Assembly: GCA_049521795.1 (NCBI GenBank)
Contig: JBEKOM010000001.1
Coordinates: 480,001-544,000 of the forward strand
DNA length: 64,000 nt
Direction: 5' to 3'
Origin: Candidatus Bathyarchaeia archaeon
GTDB lineage: Archaea; Thermoproteota; Bathyarchaeia; Bathyarchaeales; Bathycorpusculaceae
Shown here: positions 1 to 8,035 of the stretch, one piece after another
Layout: the number at the start of each line of letters is the position of its first letter
Numbering within the stretch: position 1 is the stretch's first letter
The notes under the pieces: generated by a model
The model's database searches: none
Told to the model about the DNA's origin: nothing
What the model saw: only the letters and a program-made list of their open reading frames with translations
Position numbers and translations under genes: made by a program

Positions 1-622
1 CGAGCGTTTCTTCTCTTTGCTTGCTCACTATGGATATGACCATCGGCGCGGTGCGTCTCGTTTGTTCGTCAAACTCTTTCAGCGTTTTAGGTGTTATCTT
101 CTCTATCGTGTTGGGGTATCCTGTAACAGGGTGGCCTAGACGGTTCCGTGGGAACGCTGCTTCCCAAACGTTTGTCATCGACGCTGTCATCGGGTCTTGC
201 ATAATCTTCTCGTACGCGAGTCTTTGGGAAGCCTTTTCTTTGTCAAGTTCTGACCTTGGAAAAGACGGAAACGCGTACAGTTCAGCTAGGAGTTTGAGGC
301 ATTCTTCTAATTTCTTGGAAGGAACCTGGGCCCGGAGAAGCATATAATCTCGGTCAGTCAGAGCCTCGACCGTTGCGCCTAAGCGGTCCAATGCCGCCTG
401 CAAAGCCAGAGGGCCAAGTTTCGATGTCAGCCTCAAACGCATGGAGTTGTCTGTGCACGCGCAACCTTCTATGGGGTCACTGTAGGAACCTCTTCCGACA
501 AGAAACACAACTGATGCAGAACGCAGAAACCCGTTAGAAAGCGCAACGACGTTGACTCCTTCTGAAACCTCCCTGACCAGAACTGGAAAAGCGACCACCC
601 GCCACCTTTTTCTTGAAGCCAT
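1..622 (-). CDS. M16 (insulinase/pitrilysin) family peptidase-like protein, probably non-catalytic subunit; runs off window start
   Basis: Manual translation from ATG 622: ...ASVVFLVGRGSYSDPIEGCACTDNSM...LDRLGATVEALTDRDYM...FPRSELDKEK...LGHPVTGYPNTIEKITPKTLKEF. M16 pattern, but HxxEH is absent. Not in ORF track because it is open at the edge. Confidence 0.7.
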   Translation of the reverse strand, partial: MASRKRWRVVAFPVLVREVSEGVNVVALSNGFLRSASVVFLVGRGSYSDPIEGCACTDNSMRLRLTSKLGPLALQAALDRLGATVEALTDRDYMLLRAQVPSKKLEECLKLLAELYAFPSFPRSELDKEKASQRLAYEKIMQDPMTASMTNVWEAAFPRNRLGHPVTGYPNTIEKITPKTLKEFDEQTRRTAPMVISIVSKQREETL

Positions 623-642
623 TCCTCTAAAAGCTTTTTCTC

Positions 643-654
643 CAGCGCGCGCTG
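643..654. repeat. (CG)4 palindrome CAGCGCGCGCTG at the left boundary of accessory patch 1
   Basis: Perfect 12-bp palindrome, 6 bp past the stop of the PLD gene and just upstream of the M16 gene start. Confidence 0.85.
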
Positions 655-660
655 CTTTCT

Positions 661-1782
661 CTATGGAAGAGTTTTGAGAAGATATTTCCAGAGCCAAGCC
701 TCTTCTACGAGTTTGAGGGTTCCTTGTTTTCCCAACGTGTCGACAATTCTCTGATCAGTTCTGCCCGGCCATTGCTTGTACCATCTGTATTTCACTTTGA
801 TTCGATGAGCATAACTGATACGTCCAGTCTCTTCATACATGTATTCAGGCTCTGCTTCTACTTCAGCGATTCCTAAAACTCTCGATTCCGAATACACGAT
901 GAAGACGTCGCCCTTTGAGATTTCGTTTCTAAAGGCCCATAGCTGTTTTGTTGTGTAGTTAACGTCGGTTTCTCTAGGCCAAATCTTATTCCAAATTTCT
1001 TCGGCTGTTTTGTCTACTGCTTCTCTGAGTTGGTCTTTGGTTTTGAAGTTGCCCAGATTGCCAATTTCATTCCATCCCATTGCCACGATTCCCTCCCCGT
1101 CTTCGTCGATTGCTTGAACCCATTCATCCCAGCAATTTGCGTCTTTGCCAGGAGCGATTTTCCAAATTTTGTTCGGTCTCATACTCTCCAGTTCATATCG
1201 CCTCAGCCTTGGAGATGGTAAGTCGTCTTCATTTGAAGTGCCATAGGGAGTTGTCTCAGTTCTTTGAGTGAAGCGGCGTTCGTATTTATCAACGTCCTTC
1301 CTCTTCAGAGGAGGTGCTGTGTCAAAGTAATCCGAGAAGAACTGCTCTGCGTTCTTTATGACCTCAGGTTCCGGATCTTCTACCAGAATGTTGGCTTCAG
1401 CGTTCGTGCTCTGCGCGGGTTCGGTCAGATTTGCTGAGCCTACGACGATGGATGTGGGGTTGCCGTGGAATATAAGTAGTTTCGGATGGAAACCACAGGA
1501 ATTCCATTTTCTGACGATGACATTGTTCTGTTTTGAGAGGTTCAGTAGTGCTTGAGCTGACTCTTTATCGGTTATGGCATATCGACTTGAAAGGCCGAAA
1601 ACGATCCTAAACGATCCGTTCCTTTTGAGCAGCGAATTGACACTCTTCATCAGGGTTTGCAGTCCGCCTATTTTGACGTATGCCATGGCTACGTCAAGGC
1701 TTGATGATCTTTGAAGTAATGCGGGCAGCTTGTAGGCGAGTGCAGGTCCGTCGAGAAATTCAACCTTCATGATTTGCCCCAC
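661..1782 (-). CDS. PLD (HKD)-family nuclease fused to a C-terminal EVE/PUA-like domain; putative modification-dependent restriction endonuclease
   Basis: HPKLLIF...VGSANLT...N.EAN PLD nuclease motif; C-terminal WKIAPG...WDEW...IVAMGW...GDVFIVY...VLGIAEV...HRIKVKY resembles McrB-N/EVE-like readers. Confidence 0.75.
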   Translation of the reverse strand: MGQIMKVEFLDGPALAYKLPALLQRSSSLDVAMAYVKIGGLQTLMKSVNSLLKRNGSFRIVFGLSSRYAITDKESAQALLNLSKQNNVIVRKWNSCGFHPKLLIFHGNPTSIVVGSANLTEPAQSTNAEANILVEDPEPEVIKNAEQFFSDYFDTAPPLKRKDVDKYERRFTQRTETTPYGTSNEDDLPSPRLRRYELESMRPNKIWKIAPGKDANCWDEWVQAIDEDGEGIVAMGWNEIGNLGNFKTKDQLREAVDKTAEEIWNKIWPRETDVNYTTKQLWAFRNEISKGDVFIVYSESRVLGIAEVEAEPEYMYEETGRISYAHRIKVKYRWYKQWPGRTDQRIVDTLGKQGTLKLVEEAWLWKYLLKTLP

Positions 1783-1879
1783 CGAATCCAGAGAAATTAG
1801 TTGGTATCAATTATCATATATTGTTAGCTATTTGGGGACGCCGAGTTCTCAGAATCTCAACGCGGAATGTAAGCGTGTC

Positions 1880-2140
1880 GCGCGCGCTAAGCTTCAATTG
1901 CCCTTTGTACTTTTTCTCCGTCCAATATTTCGCTGATTGTTCAGAATCAACCATCATTTGAGGTTCAGAAGTGATATCAACGACTGAATAGATCCCGCTT
2001 TCTTTTCCGGACATCCAAATCAGACCGATATGGCCGCGTGGATTTTCGTGTTTGTAGCGGCTGACAAGCCAAACGTCCTCAACCATGGCCTCGTCTGCAT
2101 GAGCATTGAGAACGTCATATTTCAGCGGGTTCGACTGATG
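1880..2140 (-). pseudogene. EVE-domain remnant, truncated at both ends
   Basis: HQSNPLKYDVLNA...DVWLVSRYK...LIWMSGKESGIYSVVDITSEP is EVE-like. It is preceded in frame by TAG, and homology ends at the CGCGCGCGC at 1879-1887. Confidence 0.65.
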
Positions 2141-2223
2141 CTAAAGTGAGCGCACTAGCCTTAGGTTCATCGGTGATGTGCATGCGACGATAATGTTCAA
2201 ATCCATGTGTCCGACAACTCATT

Positions 2224-3651
2224 ATGCGTGATTTGAGTTTGACGGAGATATCGTCTATAAAGCCAGATCTACAGTTTGGACCGCGATTATTTGTCAGCTA
2301 TTCGCATGAAGACAGGGGATTCGTGAACAGGTTGGCACTCGACCTCAAGTCTCGAAATGTCGACCTCTGGATGGATATGTACGAGATAAAGGGGGGAGAG
2401 TCAATTCTACAGTCGATAGAGGATGCAATCAAACACACTGACATCTTTCTCGTTGTTTTGTCTGCACACTCCCTGAATTCAAAATGGGTTCATAATGAGC
2501 TACTCATGATAAGTCAACTAGTAATCACGCAGGAGAAGATCCTAATCCCTATAGTTGCAGATAAGTGCGACGTACCCCTATTTCTAGCAACACGCAAATG
2601 GATCGACTTCGCACATCAATATGAACTTGCCCTGAATGAGCTATTATCGTCTTTGGAACATTGGGGACTTTGGAAAAAAGACAAGGTGCTAGGTGCAATG
2701 TTAGAAGATCTAGAAAAGAAAGAATCCTCTGAGAAAGGACTCTCAAATGGCTACACGGCGATTGGCAGAATCGCTTTTCAGATAGGCTTGTATGGCGAGG
2801 CAAAAGAGATCCTAGAAAAAGGGATGAGACTTGACCCAACCAACTCCGACCCTGTTCATTTGCGAGCGATTGTCCTGATAAAGTGCGGTCAGTTCACAGA
2901 GGCAGAGGCCATTCTTAGAAACCTAAGTTCCGAAGGTCCCCAAAAAGAGCGAGCATTTTTCAATCTTGCTTGTCTCTATTCTAGATGGGCCCAGGTGGCT
3001 GGTGACCAAGATCGTCGCATACGTGAAAGATGCTTGAAACAATGTTATGAAAACTTGACCAAAGCGTTCAGATTCAAAATTGTAGAATGGCTAAAAACTT
3101 ATGGGCATCGAAGAGATCCTATGGGAGACATACTAGGAGATCCTGACCTAGCTTATGGCATAAGAGCATATCCTAAAATCGAGAAATATCTGAAGATCAA
3201 AGCAAGGCAATATAGGCATCGATGGTCAGCTCGGCAGGTCTGCGGAGGCGGCGGAGGTTGTCTAGTGGGGCAAGCGAAGGTCCTCTTGAAAGGGGGAAAA
3301 GAAATTCCAATCGAAGACATACGCTGCGGACAAGAAGTAGTCAGCAACACTATTGGGAACAACTCTCAAGTTTCAATGATTTGGAGAAAAATGCGATCTC
3401 TGGCTGACCAAGGTGTATGCATAAACAACAAATTAACAACAACTAATGGACAGCGAATTCTCACGACCAAAGGTTGGCAAGAAGCTGATCAACTTCACGT
3501 AGGAGACATGATGTTAGGCCCTGGAAGAAGGACTGAAAGAATCCGAAAAATCGAAAGATGGATCGGTGCTCGAGCTGTCTTCCAACTCGGTCTAGAGGGC
3601 AGACCATTTTTCACAGCCGACCAGGTTCTAGTACATAACCTTAAAGATTAA
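2224..3651 (+). CDS. TIR - TPR - poly-Gly - Hint (intein-like) fusion protein
   Basis: TIR: FVSYSHED...WMD..EIKGGESI...FLVVLS..SLNSKWVHNEL. TPR: AKEILEKGMRLDP, AFFNLACLYS. Then GGGGG|CLVGQAKV...IPIEDIRCGQEV...KGWQEADQLHVGD...ADQVLVHN-LKD, a Hint domain at 3259-3639. Confidence 0.85.
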   Translation: MRDLSLTEISSIKPDLQFGPRLFVSYSHEDRGFVNRLALDLKSRNVDLWMDMYEIKGGESILQSIEDAIKHTDIFLVVLSAHSLNSKWVHNELLMISQLVITQEKILIPIVADKCDVPLFLATRKWIDFAHQYELALNELLSSLEHWGLWKKDKVLGAMLEDLEKKESSEKGLSNGYTAIGRIAFQIGLYGEAKEILEKGMRLDPTNSDPVHLRAIVLIKCGQFTEAEAILRNLSSEGPQKERAFFNLACLYSRWAQVAGDQDRRIRERCLKQCYENLTKAFRFKIVEWLKTYGHRRDPMGDILGDPDLAYGIRAYPKIEKYLKIKARQYRHRWSARQVCGGGGGCLVGQAKVLLKGGKEIPIEDIRCGQEVVSNTIGNNSQVSMIWRKMRSLADQGVCINNKLTTTNGQRILTTKGWQEADQLHVGDMMLGPGRRTERIRKIERWIGARAVFQLGLEGRPFFTADQVLVHNLKD

Positions 3652-3948
3652 TAGCGTGCGCTTTAAGAAAAAAGAAGGGGTTGTGCGGAATATCGTGGAG
3701 ATATCTCCACTTGGATGTGCAAATGGGAATTTACATTCTCGCGCGCATACGCTAAGTTGAGATGGACCTGCACGTCTGCGACTGCGATATGCCCATTCTG
3801 ACTCAAATCAAATTGCGCGCTAGGAAACGACAAAAAGGAGCAAGAGGCCCATAATATCGCGCTCTAATCTGGGCTTGGGTTCTCTCCCAACCTATTTATT
3901 TCTCCCCAACAAAATGAATCATGAAAAGGATTCTAGGAGTAGAGACAT

Positions 3949-4932
3949 TTGGAAATCAAAGAGCCGTATAACACTGGTGTCGAAGAAGTGTTCTCGAACT
4001 TCTCAAAAGATCCTTGTCTTGGGAAACATTGTGTAATCGAATGCCCAGTGGGCTTCACATGCATTCGTGCTGTGCCTCCACGTTCAGGGGAGTTCAGACT
4101 AGATCTCAGTCTCTGCAACTTGAAATGCCCCTTTTGTTGGACCATCAACAAGCCACACCCATGGTATTATGGAGAGATATTTGAACATGTCAAGTGCAGA
4201 TTCGACAAGTTCTGCAGGTCGAATTTGAATGTTAGCATAGGATATCTGAGGATTACTGGGGGAGAGCCCATTTTAACGGAGGGAAGAGCACGTCATCTGC
4301 TTAGCCTATTTCAGTTGATAGATGATGACCTGAAGCGGGAAGATTTCTATGCGATTTGGAAGACCAGAAAATCACCTGAGAACTTGGAGGGGAGAAAAAA
4401 CATAAAAATCCAAACGAATGGGATAACTATCTCAAAAATCGTGGACCTTTTCGTTGACAAGCTGATCAGTTTCAAAAACATATCTCTAACGTTTGAGGTA
4501 TCATTGAAAGGAACCAATCCATATGAGTTTCAAATACTGTCAGGTGGGTTCCCGAGTGAAAGATTCTTCGAACAGATAAAGGCAATAGATAGATTGTTGG
4601 ACTGTGAAGATCAAGGTTTCCCAGTATTCGTCCGGGGTATTCTCGGAATCTTTCACAGTGCTCAATATGATCTAGTCTTTGAAGAAAACGGAAAGAGGAT
4701 GATGCTAGATCCATGCAGAGAGTTCAAGAAAATCGTCAGTAGACTTCAAAGTATGCCAAGATGTCGGGAACGAGTATATGTGGAACCATTGAGGTTTACT
4801 GCCCAAATGAAAGAAGCAGAAGAGACATGTAGAAATCTAAGAATCGTTGCAGACTCGAGAGTTGGCAGGTATATCAAACCAGGAAAGAAGATTCGTCTCA
4901 AAGACACATATTTGGAGAAAATGCTGAGTTAG
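3949..4932 (+). CDS. Radical SAM protein of unknown function
   Basis: CNLKCPFC (CxxxCxxC), RITGGEP, IQTNG, FEVSLKG; extra N-terminal Cys cluster; AGGAG upstream of the TTG start. Confidence 0.85.
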   Translation: MEIKEPYNTGVEEVFSNFSKDPCLGKHCVIECPVGFTCIRAVPPRSGEFRLDLSLCNLKCPFCWTINKPHPWYYGEIFEHVKCRFDKFCRSNLNVSIGYLRITGGEPILTEGRARHLLSLFQLIDDDLKREDFYAIWKTRKSPENLEGRKNIKIQTNGITISKIVDLFVDKLISFKNISLTFEVSLKGTNPYEFQILSGGFPSERFFEQIKAIDRLLDCEDQGFPVFVRGILGIFHSAQYDLVFEENGKRMMLDPCREFKKIVSRLQSMPRCRERVYVEPLRFTAQMKEAEETCRNLRIVADSRVGRYIKPGKKIRLKDTYLEKMLS

Positions 4933-5091
4933 ACGCAGGTCAATGGTGCGATCCGAGCGACAAGCGAACCACTTCGCGCGCTATGCAAAGAAACGCGCGC
5001 GCTCGTTTAGTTCTTCATTCGTGTATCCCATAAATGTTCCCTCATAGCAACTTATTTATCTACAACTTTAAATGTTTTAAAATGATGACAT

Positions 5092-5352
5092 ATGCCGAGA
5101 AAATTTAAGGTTGAAAAGGCTCATTGTAAGCGTCACGATGTGAATTTTGAAAAGCTTATCCAAGCTAGGGTTTCATGTCCCCGATACCAGCAATGTCGAG
5201 AAGAGGCAATCGCACGCCATGAAGGCAATATCGCTGAGGCTAAACAAGAAGCAGAAAAGAAAGGAAGACCGTTGGTGGCGGTGAAAGCTGTTCTTCAGAT
5301 AGTGTGTCCTTACGAAGAACCGACGCAAGATATTCCTGAACATTTTCCATGA
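5092..5352 (+). CDS. Small Cys-containing hypothetical protein
   Basis: ATG ORF of 86 aa after an AT-rich promoter-like tract; C..H, CP...C and CP residues. Confidence 0.55.
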   Translation: MPRKFKVEKAHCKRHDVNFEKLIQARVSCPRYQQCREEAIARHEGNIAEAKQEAEKKGRPLVAVKAVLQIVCPYEEPTQDIPEHFP

Positions 5353-5402
5353 ATCTCCCTGGTCATTCGAGTAGGAGGAGCTTAAAGGGTCAATTGACAG
5401 GG

Positions 5403-5764
5403 ATGTTAGGTTCTCTTGACAAGATGTTCGAAAGTCTGACGGCTCTGCTAGCTTTCATGGTCGCAGCGATACTTGGTATTCTTTTCTGGATGGTTAAGAC
5501 TCCGAATGATTTTTGAATATTATTGAGGTTTGCGGCTTCATTGGTCGTCCCATTTATCGTAATGGTTCTTTTCTGGTTTTGGACCGCCCTCACTTCGACA
5601 GAAGAAATGAAAATTCGTCTGAAGTTGATTGCTTGGAGTAAGCTATCATTCATCTTTATGTATTATGTTGTGATTTTCTCAGTTCTTGTCTTGCTGAAAC
5701 TGATAGCAGACTTCCCAATATTGAGTGCATTCGTACTCATGGGAATAGTGACTTTGGCGCGCGC
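5403..5764 (+). pseudogene. Membrane protein pseudogene (in-frame TGA at 5514-5516; 3' end cut at a (CG)4 site)
   Basis: ATG 5403 MLGSLDKMFESLTALLAFMVAAILGILFWMVKTPNDF*ILLRFAASLVVP... continues in frame into track ORF 5523-5771; hydrophobic helices end at GCGCGCGC 5757-5764. Confidence 0.6.
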
Positions 5765-6402
5765 TTGTTAAACGGCGTTCTATCTTTCCTATCATAATTC
5801 CTCAGGTCAATTAAGAGAACCTTCTTATGAGAAAGCCATGCTGTTAGAAAATCTCTCACGAACTGTCGTCTTCCTTTCACACCGCCTAATCCAGCGTCAA
5901 AAACCTTCAATAACGACAAACCAGTAGGCATTTCAAACTCTCTTATCTCCCCAGTCTTCTGGAAATGTATGATAGCTCGAACTTGATATTCTGGAAGCTT
6001 CTTAAGAAGAATCTCCACTGGATTCGTAAACGCCAAATCTTCGCCACTCACAAACCTACAGAGTATCTCATTCAAGAAACGCACATACAGTTTCCCAGAA
6101 GGACTGTCCCACAAAGGCTCGAACTGTTGAAAGAAAGCTTCCGTGCCTAACCATTGAGTTGAAACAGCTTCGTCGCCAAAAAAGTTCTCAAACGCATTTC
6201 TAAGCGCGGTTTTTCCAATTCCCTGTTGACCCATTACAGCTATGAATTGCGAATTTTGAGTAGCTAAATCGTTTCTCAAGTCCTCAGTCGCTTGAGTCCA
6301 ATAATAATTTGAATTCCAATTGTCTTCTGCTCTGGTATGTCGCGCCCACGCATATTGCTCTTCGTATCTAATTATCTGACTAATTCCAGAATTTGTTTTC
6401 AT
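5757..6402 (-). pseudogene. P-loop NTPase, 3'-truncated just after Walker B
   Basis: Walker A GQQGIGKT and Walker B VLLID; the frame reaches the (CG)4 at 5757-5764 about 14 codons later and stops. Confidence 0.65.
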
Positions 6403-6473
6403 TTTTGCAGAGGGGTTAGAAGGGTTTGGAGGCCCAGAATCGTCTTCGTATCCAATTATCTCTGGAGATTTTT

Positions 6474-6803
6474 CTATTGTTGATTAGATGCCACTTTCTT
6501 ACTTCCCGTTTTATCCTCTGTGGCAACGAAATGTTTTTCTGGGATTGGATAGATACTTAGATGCGATTTGTCATTATCCCCATCGTCAACATCCATAACA
6601 GAGTGTATGTCTTCCTGCAACGCTTGTCGCTGTTTCTCCGATAGCTCTCTGTCCTCAGAATCTTCATTCATCTTCCGCCTTTTGTCTAGCAGCTCAAGCA
6701 AGCGCCTTTCTTGCTCCTGACTTCTTGTTTCTGTTGGCATTTTAGACAAAAGGTCAAGTTCCTTCTCGTCTGAATCCGAGAAATGGAAAGGCCTACTACT
6801 CAT
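6474..6803 (-). CDS. Acidic/coiled-coil hypothetical protein; possibly the frameshifted N-terminus of the downstream NTPase
   Basis: ATG 6803 after GGTGGGGTGG; the NTPase frame is open from about 6483 (STIEKSPEIIGYEDD...MKTNS). Confidence 0.45.
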   Translation of the reverse strand: MSSRPFHFSDSDEKELDLLSKMPTETRSQEQERRLLELLDKRRKMNEDSEDRELSEKQRQALQEDIHSVMDVDDGDNDKSHLSIYPIPEKHFVATEDKTGSKKVASNQQ

Positions 6804-6978
6804 TGCCACCCCACCTTGGTATGAGCACGCCCTAGGCACTGACGACCGTAAGTCTGACAAATGTGAAAAGAAAAGGAGGGGATTGCGCGGGAGATGTCGC
6901 CACAGTGCTTAAGATAAAACTTTACCCCCAAACCCAAAATAGAAATATTTTTCAAATAGCTATTCATACGTAGCTTGT

Positions 6979-7323
6979 ATGGAAACCGAAGATTCTGAAA
7001 TAAATTGCCCTTTTTGCAAGACGCCTATGACCGAAGGATACGCTTCGCTGCAGGGCGCAATCAACGCCGTGGTCTATTTCAGCAAAAAGAGCATGTCGTG
7101 GGGACCAGGATTATTGTCAGCGTTAGGCAAAGAAAGAGAAACGATACTTGACAATATTTCTTCGCAGGAACACGCGAGACCAGCTTACAAATGTGATAAC
7201 TGTAATGCTGTTCTCCTCAGAGGAACGGCAAGTCCGACACAGGCTGATTATGCCGAGGCTAAAGACCTTGAAAAAGAAAAAGAAGATTTGCGGGACAACG
7301 TTCGCATGATGCAAGGATTCTAA
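6979..7323 (+). CDS. Zinc-ribbon protein (PF20097/DUF6487-like)
   Basis: CPFCKTPMTEGY...AYKCDNCNAVL. Confidence 0.7.
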   Translation: METEDSEINCPFCKTPMTEGYASLQGAINAVVYFSKKSMSWGPGLLSALGKERETILDNISSQEHARPAYKCDNCNAVLLRGTASPTQADYAEAKDLEKEKEDLRDNVRMMQGF

Positions 7324-7581
7324 TAGCTTTGCACGCGATAGCGTGTCTATAGGGTGGGTGGGATAAAACTTTGCCCTTTTTCTTCTTGTTCCTCTACTTC
7401 TCTTGTTACTATTAATTATCTCTCTTGCTTTCCTACACCTTGGCACAAACATAAAAACAAAAACAAGAAAAGACAGACACGGACGGACATACACGTAGAC
7501 AAAGTTGAAATAGGAAGTGTTCAGTGAAAGACACATTGACTGAACGTATCATTTAGAGGCTTGGGCAGTTCGGTGATATTT

Positions 7582-7623
7582 GTGATTGATGCTGAGAATC
7601 TGACAAAGAGATTTGGCGATCTG
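7582..7623 (+). pseudogene. N-terminal remnant of an ABC transporter ATP-binding gene
   Basis: GGTGA RBS, then (V/M)IDAENLTKRFGDL; homology is lost after that. Confidence 0.5.
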
Positions 7624-8035
7624 GACAGAAAAGAGCTCAATATAACGCCTTTTTCTTTCCGCAACCTGTTAGTTGACGAAGATCTCAATGAGAGCTAGTC
7701 ATGAAGTCCTCCGATTCTGAGTTCCCTTGCCTGTCCTTCTTGACATAGCAAGCGCCCTTGTTGCGTTTCTTATGTTTTTTGGGACGCGAGCGCGCACGTG
7801 AAAAACGAGGGAGAAATGAAGGGAGAAAGGAGAAAGGAAAAGTTTTCTCCCACGCATTTCATTAAGTTATGAAGTGTCAATCTGCGATTTAATTCTACGT
7901 TTTTGTACGCGTGTGCAAACGATTTGAACAGCGCGCGCTTTCCGACGACCGTGCGCGCAGAAGAAAGCCACTTTCTCGAGCCCGCGCTATACTTTATTAT
8001 ACTGGAAGAAAGGCAAAAAACTGGAAGGACGCGTT

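Noticed and set aside
5514-5516. In-frame TGA as possible selenocysteine or readthrough
   Set aside because: Non-redox membrane context in a truncated gene, no SECIS seen, and HdrA here has no TGA; a nonsense mutation is simpler.
6913-7376. GATAAAACTTT(A/G)CCC direct repeat flanking the zinc-ribbon gene
   Set aside because: Reads as a BRE/TATA-like promoter on the - strand, so recurrence is expected; not convincing as an att site or target-site duplication.
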